Below, one piece after another: positions 38,852 to 50,387 of a stretch of DNA of 55,221 nucleotides. The stretch lies in assembly GCA_964551645.1 (NCBI GenBank), contig CAZKDV010000004.1, forward strand, positions 1-55,221, in the 5' to 3' direction. The notes beneath the pieces were generated by a model that was not told where the DNA came from, did no database searches, and saw nothing but the letters and a program-made list of their open reading frames with translations. Made by a program: the position numbers and the translations under genes. How positions within the stretch are numbered: position 1 is the stretch's first letter; each line of letters starts with the position of its first letter. The stretch is from an uncultured Bacteroidales bacterium. GTDB lineage: Bacteria > Bacteroidota > Bacteroidia > Bacteroidales > DTU049.

Positions 38852-39385
38852 ATGGACACAAACAGACTGCCTATAATTGGAGTAATTGGACCAAGCAAAT
38901 ATACATGCAAACCAGAGGTTTTTGAGTTTGGGCATAAATTAGGCAAAGAAATTGCTAAGCTAGATGCTCACATAGTTTGCGGGGGAATGGAAGGTTTAAT
39001 GGAGTCCGTTTGCAATGGTTTTGTTGAAGTAAAAAAGCGAAAAGGAAAATCAATTGGCATTATTCCGCATGACAAAAAAGGCGCTGCCAATCCTTATTGT
39101 GAGATTGTAATTCCAACAGGAATCGGGACAGCAAGAAATATTATTGTTGTGAATACTGCCGATATTTTGATTGCCGTTGCCGGTGGTGCAGGAACATTAT
39201 CTGAAATTGCATTTGCATGGCAAAAAAATAAGCATGTGATTTGTTATACAGCTTTTGATGGTTGGGCAAAACAGCTTGCAGGACAAGCAATTGATAGTCG
39301 TAGAAGAAAACTACTTCACGAAGCAAGCTCACTAAAAGAAATTAAAGATTTAATTTCTAAAATTTTATATGTTGAAAATAATTAG
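38852..39385 (+). CDS. TIGR00725 / LOG-family (SLOG Rossmann-fold) protein
   Basis: IIGVIGPS..., VCGGMEGLMESV and VAGGAGTLSEIAFAW (PGGxGTxxE-like motif). The ATG directly abuts the pheT TAA. Confidence 0.75.
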   Translation: MDTNRLPIIGVIGPSKYTCKPEVFEFGHKLGKEIAKLDAHIVCGGMEGLMESVCNGFVEVKKRKGKSIGIIPHDKKGAANPYCEIVIPTGIGTARNIIVVNTADILIAVAGGAGTLSEIAFAWQKNKHVICYTAFDGWAKQLAGQAIDSRRRKLLHEASSLKEIKDLISKILYVENN

Positions 39386-39480
39386 TTTTGCTATCTTAAT
39401 CCCTCAATAACAATAAGTTGCCATTAGATTTTTCCGTAATGAAAAGCCATTAAATCGAAAAAAAATTATATCTTTACAAA

Positions 39481-40533
39481 ATGAAACTATATTTGAGAAT
39501 TTTATTATTCCCATTTTTTATGTTTTACATAGTAGGAGTGTATTTCAGAAATCTCCTATTCGACCTTGGCTTATTAAAAGAAGTGCCATATAATACTAAG
39601 GTAATTTCAATTGGGAATCTTAGCATGGGTGGTACTGGTAAAACTCCTCATACTGAATATCTTGCAGGCTTGCTTCTTAGTCAAGGTAAAACAGTAGCTA
39701 TATTGAGTCGAGGATACAAAAGAAAAACTAAAGGTTTTTTTGTCGTTGAAAAGCATCATACACATATAGATGTTGGTGATGAACCATGTCAGCTTCGTTC
39801 AAAATTTCAAAATGATGAAGTAATAATTGCCGTTTCGGAGAAAAGAAGAGTTGGAATCAAAAAACTCCTTAAAATTTATCCAAATATTGATATAATTCTT
39901 TTAGATGATGCTTTTCAGCACCGATATGTAAAACCGGGACTAAATATATTGTTATCAGACTATTATTCACCTTTTTGGGAAGATCGTATTTTGCCTTTTG
40001 GCAATTTGCGAGAACCTAAGAAAAGCAAGAAAAGAGCTGATATTATAGTCATTACAAAGTCTCCCATTGTTTTGTCGCCTATTATTAAAAAAGATATTTT
40101 AGTAAAAGCCGATATTCGCCAAGACCAATCTCTTTTCTTTTCTAAAATAGTTTATAAAAACTGGAAAACATTAGTAGATAATAAAGACATTGTTCCCAAA
40201 AAAAGCTATACTACAATTTTTCTATTTACCGGAATTGCAAATTCTTATCCTTTAGAGTTTTATCTAAAACAATTTTGCAACGATATAGTAACTTTTAAAT
40301 ATCCAGATCATCATTCATATACTGAAAGCGACATCTTGAAAATTTGTACAGATTTTGAAAATTACCTATCAAGCAATAAGGTTATAGTTACAACAGAAAA
40401 AGATGCAATGCGACTAAAACATTCAGAACTATTGAAATTATTTGAAGAATTTAGCGTTTACTACATTCCAATTGGTATAAAATTTTACAAAAATGAAGAA
40501 TTTAATAACTTAATATTAGAATATGTTAAATAA
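39481..40533 (+). CDS. lpxK: tetraacyldisaccharide 4'-kinase
   Basis: N-terminal membrane helix, VISIGNLSMGGTGKTP P-loop, ILSRGYKRK, ILLDDAFQHR. Confidence 0.9.
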   Translation: MKLYLRILLFPFFMFYIVGVYFRNLLFDLGLLKEVPYNTKVISIGNLSMGGTGKTPHTEYLAGLLLSQGKTVAILSRGYKRKTKGFFVVEKHHTHIDVGDEPCQLRSKFQNDEVIIAVSEKRRVGIKKLLKIYPNIDIILLDDAFQHRYVKPGLNILLSDYYSPFWEDRILPFGNLREPKKSKKRADIIVITKSPIVLSPIIKKDILVKADIRQDQSLFFSKIVYKNWKTLVDNKDIVPKKSYTTIFLFTGIANSYPLEFYLKQFCNDIVTFKYPDHHSYTESDILKICTDFENYLSSNKVIVTTEKDAMRLKHSELLKLFEEFSVYYIPIGIKFYKNEEFNNLILEYVK

Positions 40534-41344
40534 AATTAAAGAAACAACAAGTTTTATTAGAGAAAAAATTAATTTAAAACCCGAAATTGGTATCATTTTG
40601 GGCAGTGGATTAGGAAATTTATCACAAGCTATTGAAAACGCTGAAACTTTATCATATAACGAAATCCCCAATTTTCCGGTTTCTACCGTTGAAGGACACA
40701 AAGGGCAATTGATTGTTGGCACACTAAGCAATGCTCCGGTTGTTGCAATGCAAGGTCGCTTTCATTATTATGAAGGCTATTCAATGAAAGAACTAACTTT
40801 TCCAATTAGAGTGATGAAGGAATTAGGCATAAAACTTTTACTTGTTTCAAATGCTGCCGGAGGAGTAAACTCTAACTTCAAAGTTGGGGATATTATGATT
40901 ATCAATGACCACATAAACCTCATGTCCACAAATCCTCTAATCGGTAAAAATTTTGAGGAACTTGGACCTAGATTTCCAGATATGAGCGAACCTTACAAAC
41001 GAAGTTATATTGATAAAATTAATCAAATTGCACAAGAAAATAACATCAAAGTTCATAATGGAGTTTATGCAGCAGTTACTGGTCCATGCTATGAAACACC
41101 TGCCGAATATAGATATATCAGAACAATAGGAGCTGATGCAGTTGGAATGTCAACTGTGCCAGAAGTTATTGTTGCAAGACATGCCAACTTAGATTGCATG
41201 GCAATAAGTATTATTACAGACTTAGGAGGTATGCCAATTGCTGAAAAAATATCACACGAAGAAGTTATTATTGCGGCACGCAAAGCCGAACCTTTGCTCA
41301 CACAGCTGATTAAAGAATTTATTGCTGAATATAAAAAAATATAA
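40523..41344 (+). CDS. purine nucleoside phosphorylase (PNP family 2, inosine/guanosine type)
   Basis: IGIILGSGLG, STVEGHKGQLIVG, MQGRFHYYEGY, SNAAGG, GPCYETPAEYR, GADAVGMSTVPE. It overlaps lpxK by 11 nt. Confidence 0.92.
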   Translation: MLNKIKETTSFIREKINLKPEIGIILGSGLGNLSQAIENAETLSYNEIPNFPVSTVEGHKGQLIVGTLSNAPVVAMQGRFHYYEGYSMKELTFPIRVMKELGIKLLLVSNAAGGVNSNFKVGDIMIINDHINLMSTNPLIGKNFEELGPRFPDMSEPYKRSYIDKINQIAQENNIKVHNGVYAAVTGPCYETPAEYRYIRTIGADAVGMSTVPEVIVARHANLDCMAISIITDLGGMPIAEKISHEEVIIAARKAEPLLTQLIKEFIAEYKKI

Positions 41345-41456
41345 TCTGATTTTTTTTGAAAAAATTGGAAATACCTATTCTTGAGTTTTTCTAACTTAAT
41401 AAACTATTTTTTTAGTAAAACTTCGGCAAAAAAATGCTAAATCAATAAAAAATTCA

Positions 41457-43469
<2,013 letters not shown>

Positions 43470-43503
43470 TTTTAAATTATTTGTTTTTTTAATCATTTAA
43501 AAC

Positions 43504-43511
43504 TACCTTTG
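43504..43511 (+). promoter_or_regulatory. Bacteroidota-type -7 box TACCTTTG
   Basis: 23 nt upstream of ATG 43535. Confidence 0.45.
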
Positions 43512-43534
43512 CTTAAATTTTAAACATTTTTTTT

Positions 43535-43978
43535 ATGAAAAGAAACATTTTAGTAGTTGCAGTTATCATTACTGCTTTTGTTTTAGGAAGCTGTGGCAAA
43601 TATGAAGAAGGTCCAGCTTTTAGCTTGAAATCTAAAAAAGCTCGTCTTGCAGGGACATGGCAAATTGAAAAAGTATTAGAAAATGGGAAAGAAGTTCCAT
43701 TAGAAGAAGGTGATGATTTAAACATGACTTGGACTTTTGAAAAAGACGGAACAGGCAAGGTGAATTTGACATTTGGTCAAAGTTATAGTATGGATATGGA
43801 ATGGAAATTCTCAGATAATAAAGAAGAACTCCAAATGAGAACTAAGTTTGATAGTGAGTGGTCAGAATGGGAGTCTATGGAAATTCTTAGATTAACTAGC
43901 AAAGAATTTTGGGGAAAGAACACCGATACTGAAGATGGTGAAACTGTTGTAACTGAAATGCACCTTAAAAAGGTTTAA
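43535..43978 (+). CDS. small lipocalin-like lipoprotein
   Basis: Lipobox VLGSC followed by LAGTWQIEKVLENGKE, which is typical of lipocalin-like domain lipoproteins. Confidence 0.65.
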   Translation: MKRNILVVAVIITAFVLGSCGKYEEGPAFSLKSKKARLAGTWQIEKVLENGKEVPLEEGDDLNMTWTFEKDGTGKVNLTFGQSYSMDMEWKFSDNKEELQMRTKFDSEWSEWESMEILRLTSKEFWGKNTDTEDGETVVTEMHLKKV

Positions 43979-43996
43979 GAAATTAAATTGAGTATG

Positions 43997-44028
43997 AAAA
44001 AAGGCTGTCAAAAATGACAGCCTTTTTT
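43997..44028. terminator. bidirectional rho-independent terminator between convergent genes
   Basis: AAAAAAGGCTGTCA-AAAA-TGACAGCCTTTTTT is a perfect 14-bp palindromic stem with an A-run and a T-run. It sits between stops at 43978 (+) and 44030 (-). Confidence 0.85.
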
Positions 44029-44029
44029 G

Positions 44030-44656
44030 TTAAAATCGAAAACCAACAGAAAATGCTAATACTCGCTTTTGCGAGTTCATATCATTTTTGAAAAAAGGAC
44101 CTAAACCATAAGAATATGAAAGATTTGCAATTAAAAAGTTGTATCTAATGCCAGCAGAAGCAAGCATGCCATACGAAGAAGGTGCAAGGTCATTTCTTTT
44201 TAATTCCGGCTTATTATCACTAATGCCATAAAAAAATTCATAATATACACCTGCTCCTAACCAAGCCGTAACATCATAAGTTTCAATAAAGTTATATCCT
44301 ACTTGTATTGGCATATTAAAAAATTTTACATTTATGTAGTCTTCATAAATTATTAAAGGATCAGCAGTATCTGGAATTGAAATATGAGTACTAATTTGGT
44401 TTAATGTAAAATCGGCTTTTAAAAATAAAGGTTGGTTGTATGATAGAAAAAATCCATATTGATATCCTATATTCCCTTTGTCTGTAGAAATTACATCTGA
44501 TGTAACAACTGATGAATTAACACCGACATACCCGCCCATTTTGATTTTTGTTTCCTCAATTTCAGGTTTGTAATCAAAAGCAGGTTTGTAGTCAGTTTCT
44601 TGAGCTTTTACAAATACTGTAATCAAAAACAATAGACTAAATAATAAATGTTTCAT
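44030..44656 (-). CDS. small outer-membrane beta-barrel (porin-family/OmpW-like) protein
   Basis: Signal peptide MKHLLFSLLFLITVFVKAQ, alternating beta-strand pattern, C-terminal ...LAFSVGFRF. Start moved to ATG 44656. Confidence 0.65.
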   Translation of the reverse strand: MKHLLFSLLFLITVFVKAQETDYKPAFDYKPEIEETKIKMGGYVGVNSSVVTSDVISTDKGNIGYQYGFFLSYNQPLFLKADFTLNQISTHISIPDTADPLIIYEDYINVKFFNMPIQVGYNFIETYDVTAWLGAGVYYEFFYGISDNKPELKRNDLAPSSYGMLASAGIRYNFLIANLSYSYGLGPFFKNDMNSQKRVLAFSVGFRF

Positions 44657-44792
44657 ATTCAATGATTTTAAAAACAAAATACAAATTTACACATATTTTT
44701 ATAACACATGCAAGTTTTTGTTTTTGTTGATATTTTCTAAGCTCTTATGTGTTTGATATAAAGAGAAAAAAGCATAATACCAAAATCTTTTG

Positions 44793-44800
44793 TAATTTTG
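44793..44800 (+). promoter_or_regulatory. Bacteroidota-type -7 box TAATTTTG
   Basis: 25 nt upstream of ATG 44826, the first gene of the glycan island. Confidence 0.5.
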
Positions 44801-44825
44801 ATTTCGTTTTGAAATATTTTATGAT

Positions 44826-45857
44826 ATGAACCAAATTGATAAAACAAATAAAAAACATACAATTGCCATTACCGGTGCGGGAGGTGGAGTTGGACAAAGC
44901 ATTATAAAGGCATTATACAATTCAGAATATAATATAATTGCACTTGATGGAGAGCCATTGGGTACAGGTTTATATGCCGTCCCAAAATCATTTGTAATTC
45001 CTTATGCTAAGCATGAAAATTATATTGATAGTTTATTACAAGTATGTAAAGAAGAAAAAGTTGATTTACTTTTTCCGGGCATGGATGCCGAACTTAAACT
45101 GTTAGCTGCTAATGTTGATAAGTTTAAAGAAATTGGAACTACTGTTGTGGTAAGCCGTCCCGAAGTAGTTGAAATATCAGATAATAAACTACTTACATAT
45201 AAAATTTTATCTGAAATAGGGGTTGGCATACCTTTTACTGCTGATTTGCAAGGTTTTCAAATGGAACAAGCAATTTTTCCACTAATTGTGAAACAAAAAG
45301 TTGGAGGTGCCCGCTCAAAAAATGTTTTTTTACTGAAAAACAAACTCGACTGGGAAAATATTAAACAAACTATAATCGTAAACGAAAGTGAATATATAGT
45401 TCAAGAATATATTGAAGGAGATGAGTTTACTTGTGGCACAGTCAATCTAAACAATGCTTGTAAAGGAGTTATTGTGATGAAAAGAACTCTTAGAGACGGA
45501 GACACATATAAATGTTTTACTCAAAAGCATGAAGTAATTGAAGAATCTGTTAGGAAACTTGTTGAACATATTAAACCTTTTGGAGCTTGCAACATTCAAC
45601 TCCGAATGAAAGACGGCAAACCCTTTGTTTTTGAAATAAATGCTCGCTGTTCGGGAACAACTGCAGCACGAGCAATTTGCGGTTTCAATGAACCACTAAT
45701 GATAGCCAATTATTTGATTTATAAAATTGAACCAACATACAATATTCAAGAAAAATCAATTTTCAGATATTGGAACGAACTAGTTATTGATAATAAAGAT
45801 ATTGAAACTGTAAAAAACGAAAAGTCATTGACTAATTCAAATTATACTCCATTATAA
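44826..45857 (+). CDS. ATP-grasp domain protein (carbamoyl-phosphate-synthase-L-like ligase)
   Basis: Rossmann-like pre-domain IAITGAGGGVGQSIIKAL, then the ATP-grasp core (PLIVKQKVGGARSKNVFLL..., YIVQEYIEGDEFTCG, FVFEINARCSGT). Confidence 0.75.
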   Translation: MNQIDKTNKKHTIAITGAGGGVGQSIIKALYNSEYNIIALDGEPLGTGLYAVPKSFVIPYAKHENYIDSLLQVCKEEKVDLLFPGMDAELKLLAANVDKFKEIGTTVVVSRPEVVEISDNKLLTYKILSEIGVGIPFTADLQGFQMEQAIFPLIVKQKVGGARSKNVFLLKNKLDWENIKQTIIVNESEYIVQEYIEGDEFTCGTVNLNNACKGVIVMKRTLRDGDTYKCFTQKHEVIEESVRKLVEHIKPFGACNIQLRMKDGKPFVFEINARCSGTTAARAICGFNEPLMIANYLIYKIEPTYNIQEKSIFRYWNELVIDNKDIETVKNEKSLTNSNYTPL

Positions 45858-45877
45858 AACAAAATAAACTTTTTGTA

Positions 45878-46513
45878 GTGAAAATACTAATTTACAGCGA
45901 TGTACATGGCAATTTACCTGCGTTTGAAAGCATCTTGAAAAATGTTGGAAAATGCGATCAATATATTAGTCTTGGCGATATTGTCAATTATGGACCGTGG
46001 AGTAATGAATGTGTTGATTTGGCATTATCTCTGAAAAATTCAATTTGCATTATGGGAAATCATGATATTGCTTATCTAAATCGGCAATATACAGGAGAGC
46101 ATTCTCTTGTAATTCAATTTTTTCAGCATACTATTGAATGTTTTGATAGATATGAGCAAATTAGTTCGTTTATTACAGAATATCAACTAAACCAATACAA
46201 ATGTATTCACACGATAAACAAGCAGTATGTTTATCCCGACACAGAAATTATTTTGGACAACAACTATTTAATCGGACATTCGCATCACCAATTTTGTTAT
46301 CAAAACAATAACTTCGTTCTATATAACGCAGGAAGTGTGGGACAAAACAGAAAAATTATTAATATTGCAAATTATTTGGTTTTTTATCCCGAAGAAAACA
46401 AAATTGAAATGAGGTATGTAAAATATAATGTTGATGTAGTTATTCAAAAAATGAAATCAATGAAGTATCCCGAAGAATGTATTGCATACTATTTGAATAA
46501 AGAAAAAGCATAA
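45878..46513 (+). CDS. metallophosphoesterase-family protein (GTG start)
   Basis: KILIYSDVHGN, SLGDIVNYGP, MGNHD, GHSH motifs of calcineurin-like phosphoesterases. Confidence 0.8.
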   Translation: MKILIYSDVHGNLPAFESILKNVGKCDQYISLGDIVNYGPWSNECVDLALSLKNSICIMGNHDIAYLNRQYTGEHSLVIQFFQHTIECFDRYEQISSFITEYQLNQYKCIHTINKQYVYPDTEIILDNNYLIGHSHHQFCYQNNNFVLYNAGSVGQNRKIINIANYLVFYPEENKIEMRYVKYNVDVVIQKMKSMKYPEECIAYYLNKEKA

Positions 46514-46518
46514 ATTAC

Positions 46519-47427
46519 ATGAAACTTAAATTGTCTGCATTAATTATTACATATAATCAAGCTGAATACATTTCGCAAGCGATTGATGGTATTCTTATGC
46601 AAGAAACTAATTTTGAATTTGAGCTTATTATTGCAAACGACTGCTCGCCCGACAATACAGACGAAATTATCAGAAATTATATTGATACGCACCCTAAAGC
46701 ATCTTGCATTAAATATTTTCGACATCCAAAAAACATTGGAATGATGCACAATTTTGCTTTTGCTTTGAAAGAATGTAAGGGTGAATATATTGCCATTTGC
46801 GAAGGAGATGATTATTGGACTGACCCGCAAAAGTTGCAAAAACAAGTTGATGCGATGGAGCAAAATCCAGATGTTGTAATTACATATCATGATGCTTGTA
46901 AAGTTGATGCAAATAGAAATATCATCGAAAAAGGAATGTTATCCGAAAACAGAAAACGAGATTTTTCAGCCGATGAATTAAAAACCGGAATTTGGGTGCT
47001 AATGCAAAGCATGTGCGTTAGAAATGTCATAAAGGAATACCCCAAAAGTTTTTATAAAGTGTATAATGGAGATACTTTTTACACTTCTTTAATTGGCAAT
47101 TACGGCAGAGGAATGTACATACATGACATAAAGCCAACTTGCTACAGAGTGCATCAAGAAGGAATATGGTCAATGAAAACAACTGCTGAAAGAAAAATAC
47201 GATCATTGCTTACTCCAGCCGAACTTATGTTTTTTTACAAGGCAAAAGGTGATTTAAAGTTTTTCAACTACTTTAAAGACAGAACACAAAAAGCAATTAT
47301 GTCTATGTTTGAATTTCGTTTGCCATTAAAATATAAATGGCATTTGCTGAAGTTCATATTTTCCTATTCTCCGTATCTTGGCTTGCGCAATGTTGTGTAT
47401 TATACAAGAAAAACTATTTTTAATTAA
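46519..47427 (+). CDS. family 2 glycosyltransferase
   Basis: LSALIITYNQAEYISQAIDGILMQ...ELIIANDCSPDNT...YIAICEGDDYW (GT-A fold, DxD). Confidence 0.85.
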   Translation: MKLKLSALIITYNQAEYISQAIDGILMQETNFEFELIIANDCSPDNTDEIIRNYIDTHPKASCIKYFRHPKNIGMMHNFAFALKECKGEYIAICEGDDYWTDPQKLQKQVDAMEQNPDVVITYHDACKVDANRNIIEKGMLSENRKRDFSADELKTGIWVLMQSMCVRNVIKEYPKSFYKVYNGDTFYTSLIGNYGRGMYIHDIKPTCYRVHQEGIWSMKTTAERKIRSLLTPAELMFFYKAKGDLKFFNYFKDRTQKAIMSMFEFRLPLKYKWHLLKFIFSYSPYLGLRNVVYYTRKTIFN

Positions 47428-47444
47428 TTTGAACTATCTACGCA

Positions 47445-48395
47445 ATGCAAACTCCTTTTTTTTCAATTATCATTCCGATATATAATAGGGAAAAGCAATT
47501 GCTCAAAACTTTAGATTCGGTGAAAAATCAAACATTTACCGATTATGAAGTGATACTTATTGACGATGCTTCAATAGATAATTCGTATCAAATATGTATG
47601 AACTACGAAATTCAGAATAAAATAGTAATACGAAACGAACAAAACAGCGAACGATGTGTGTCAAGAAATAAAGGAATTGAAAAAGCAAGTGGTAAATATA
47701 TTTGTTTTCTTGACAGCGATGATACATTTTTGCCAAATCATCTACAAACTTTCTATGATGCCATAATTGCTCATAAATATCCAAAAGTAATGCTTTTCAC
47801 AAATAGCTATATTGAAGATGAATATGACAATAAGCGAAATAAAGAAGTTCCGTATTTTCAAGCTCAAAATGTATTTGCATATTTATTAAAATACACTCCA
47901 AATCCTGCACGCGTTTGTGTTGAACGCTCAATTTTTGAAACAATAAAATTTGACCCTGCTATTCCGGGAATTGAAGACCTTGATGCGTGGTTACATATTG
48001 CTAAATCTTATCAAATTATCCATATCCCTGAATATACAAATGTGTATTTTGTTCACTCCGAATCATACACAAAAGGAGATACAAAACGACATGAAAAAGA
48101 ATTGCAGTTTTTTACATATATGTTTCAAAAAGAAGCAATAAAAAACAGTTTACCCTCACTTTCCAAACGCAGATTACTTAGCAACAGTCATTATCATTTG
48201 GCAGTAAAAGCCGATGAATTACGACAAAGAAAAACATTTTACAAACACGCTTACAAATCATTTTTTCTGTATCCCAAAGGATATAACAATCAAATTCCGA
48301 AATCTCTTTTTGTGATGAGTTTGTACAATTTGCCGCTATTGGGCAGATTGGGACAATTTGTATATAGAAAAGCAATAAAAAGACAATCTATTTAA
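47445..48395 (+). CDS. family 2 glycosyltransferase
   Basis: FSIIIPIYNREKQLLKTLDSVKNQTF...VILIDDASIDNS...RNKGIEKASGKYICFLDSDD. Confidence 0.85.
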   Translation: MQTPFFSIIIPIYNREKQLLKTLDSVKNQTFTDYEVILIDDASIDNSYQICMNYEIQNKIVIRNEQNSERCVSRNKGIEKASGKYICFLDSDDTFLPNHLQTFYDAIIAHKYPKVMLFTNSYIEDEYDNKRNKEVPYFQAQNVFAYLLKYTPNPARVCVERSIFETIKFDPAIPGIEDLDAWLHIAKSYQIIHIPEYTNVYFVHSESYTKGDTKRHEKELQFFTYMFQKEAIKNSLPSLSKRRLLSNSHYHLAVKADELRQRKTFYKHAYKSFFLYPKGYNNQIPKSLFVMSLYNLPLLGRLGQFVYRKAIKRQSI

Positions 48396-48410
48396 GCGTA
48401 TATTTGCAAT

Positions 48411-49463
48411 ATGAAAAGCCAAATACATATAAACTATAAATTGCCTCTCAATTATCAGCCAGAATGGGAACATTTGTTCAAACCAGATTATAAATATAAA
48501 ACCGTTGATTTGAAGGTAAAAGAATTAAAAAATGTATTTGTAAATCAGTCGGGACTTGTTTTAAAAAATGGCTTACTTGTAAAAGGGTGTGCTCCAAACA
48601 TTGGTTTTTCAAATTACGATAAAGGCTTTTATTTTCAACATTGGCGAAAAGCTACCGAGCAAATGCTAGTGTGTAAATATGGAAAAAGTTTAGAAGCAAT
48701 AAAATTAGACGATAACAGAAAATATTTAGTTATACATTCTCCGTGGTTTAGTTATTATTTTTGGCTAACTGAGTGTCTGCCTCGCTTGCTGATGGTTAAA
48801 GAGCAACTTCACGAATTGGTGCTATTGTTTCCTGCTGGGTGGAAGAAGTTTCCATTTGTAAACCAAACATTAGAAATGTTTCCGCAATTACAAATTTATG
48901 AAATTCCGTTTGGTAAACATTTGTTTGTAAAAAATCTGGTAATGCCCGAAGTAAAACCATGGACACCAATGTTTATTCCCGAACAGGTTTTGGAAGTAAG
49001 AGAATTGTTTTTTGATGCAATAAGAAATGAAGAAATTCAAAATTTGAATGTTTACTTATCAAGAAAAGATTCAAATCGTAAAAACTTAGTAAATGATAAT
49101 GAAGTTACTGTTTTACTTGAAAAACACAATTTTGAAATTCATCAAATGAGTAAGCTTTCTATTTTTGAACAAGTATCTTTGATGAGGAGCACAAATAACA
49201 TTATTTCTATTACTGGTGCTGGCATGGCAAATTTTATGTTCCTAAAAGAAAATGCTAATGTTATTGACCTTACAAATATTATGTATCTAAAAGACAGACA
49301 TTATAAATTTCACTTTTGGAAACTTTGTAATATTATTAATGCTAACTATATTGTTCAATTTTGCGAACACGAAAATAACTTGAATGTTCCCAGACGAAGT
49401 TTACAAAATATAATGATAGATATCCCTACTTTAAAAAATAACTTACAAATAATTTTTGCATAA
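48411..49463 (+). CDS. GT61/DUF563-family glycosyltransferase-like protein
   Basis: YYFWLTECLPRL..., YLSRKDSNRKNLVNDNEV...FEQVSLMRSTNNIISITGAGMANFMF follows the DUF563 pattern. Confidence 0.7.
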   Translation: MKSQIHINYKLPLNYQPEWEHLFKPDYKYKTVDLKVKELKNVFVNQSGLVLKNGLLVKGCAPNIGFSNYDKGFYFQHWRKATEQMLVCKYGKSLEAIKLDDNRKYLVIHSPWFSYYFWLTECLPRLLMVKEQLHELVLLFPAGWKKFPFVNQTLEMFPQLQIYEIPFGKHLFVKNLVMPEVKPWTPMFIPEQVLEVRELFFDAIRNEEIQNLNVYLSRKDSNRKNLVNDNEVTVLLEKHNFEIHQMSKLSIFEQVSLMRSTNNIISITGAGMANFMFLKENANVIDLTNIMYLKDRHYKFHFWKLCNIINANYIVQFCEHENNLNVPRRSLQNIMIDIPTLKNNLQIIFA

Positions 49464-50387
49464 ATGGATAATAAAAACTATACCGTAAATACTATTATTT
49501 CTGATTTTGGCAATTCAATAATAAAAATAATAGGAGATGCAAATATTGTTTTTTTTACTTTCTGTTCAATGAACTTTCCAAAAAAAAATGCAATAACATG
49601 GTTGGGAAAAAAATATTATGATAATAACACAGTCAATTTAAGCAACTTACAACCCTCTGTTTTTATTGTAGATCATAGCTTTGATGCTACTGACATTAAA
49701 AATAAAGCATTCATTGTTGCCGAAAAGCCTAAATTGCTTTTTATTAATATATTAAAAAAATATTTCGAGAAAAAATACAAATACAATATCCATCCAACAG
49801 CAGTAATTTCTGACGAAGCAATTATTGAAGATAATGTTTACATTGGACCAAATTGTATTATTGGCAATTGTACTATTAAAAGTGGGACTACATTAGACGG
49901 CAACAATTTTATATATGATAATGTTTTAATTGGAAAAAATGTAAGTATTCAAGCCGGAGCAGTAATTGGCTCTCAAGGAATGAGTTTTGCTAGTTATGCA
50001 GATAAAAACTTAATTGGATTTCCATCTTTGGGTAGAGTTATAGTTGAGGATAATGTTGCAATTGGAAGTAATGCAGTTATTGACTGTGCAGTTATTGATG
50101 ATACAATTATAGGGAAAGGAACAAAAATAAATAGTTCTGCGTTTATCGGAAATTCTGTTTGTATTGGAAAAAATAATTACATAAGTGTGTGCGTTAACAT
50201 TAACGGTAGCGTAGTTATTGGAGATGAAAACTTTATTGGGTCTAATTCTACAATTCGAAATAAAATTACAATTGGCAATAATAACACTATTGGAGCAGGA
50301 GCAGTTGTTGTTAAACCTATTAAAGATAATGAAACTGTATTTGGCAATCCGGCAAAAAAACAAAATATAAAAGGAATTACACTATGA
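49464..50387 (+). CDS. LpxD-like left-handed beta-helix (hexapeptide) N-acyltransferase
   Basis: LpxD-type N-terminal domain, then many hexapeptide repeats (IEDNVYIGPNCIIGNCTI...VEDNVAIGSNAVI...VIGDENFIGSNSTI). The ATG abuts the preceding TAA. Confidence 0.8.
   Translation: MDNKNYTVNTIISDFGNSIIKIIGDANIVFFTFCSMNFPKKNAITWLGKKYYDNNTVNLSNLQPSVFIVDHSFDATDIKNKAFIVAEKPKLLFINILKKYFEKKYKYNIHPTAVISDEAIIEDNVYIGPNCIIGNCTIKSGTTLDGNNFIYDNVLIGKNVSIQAGAVIGSQGMSFASYADKNLIGFPSLGRVIVEDNVAIGSNAVIDCAVIDDTIIGKGTKINSSAFIGNSVCIGKNNYISVCVNINGSVVIGDENFIGSNSTIRNKITIGNNNTIGAGAVVVKPIKDNETVFGNPAKKQNIKGITL

Noticed and set aside
44826-45857. ATP-grasp gene as a RiPP (graspetide/microviridin-type) macrocyclase
   Set aside because: No small precursor-peptide ORF lies on either side. 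All neighbours are glycosyltransferases and sugar-modifying enzymes. The CPSase-like pre-domain fits sugar or amine ligases better.
48399-48406. TATATTTG box upstream of the GT61-like gene as an internal promoter
   Set aside because: It ends only 4 nt before the ATG at 48411, which is too close for a transcription start upstream of the start codon. It is most likely a chance match inside a co-transcribed island.
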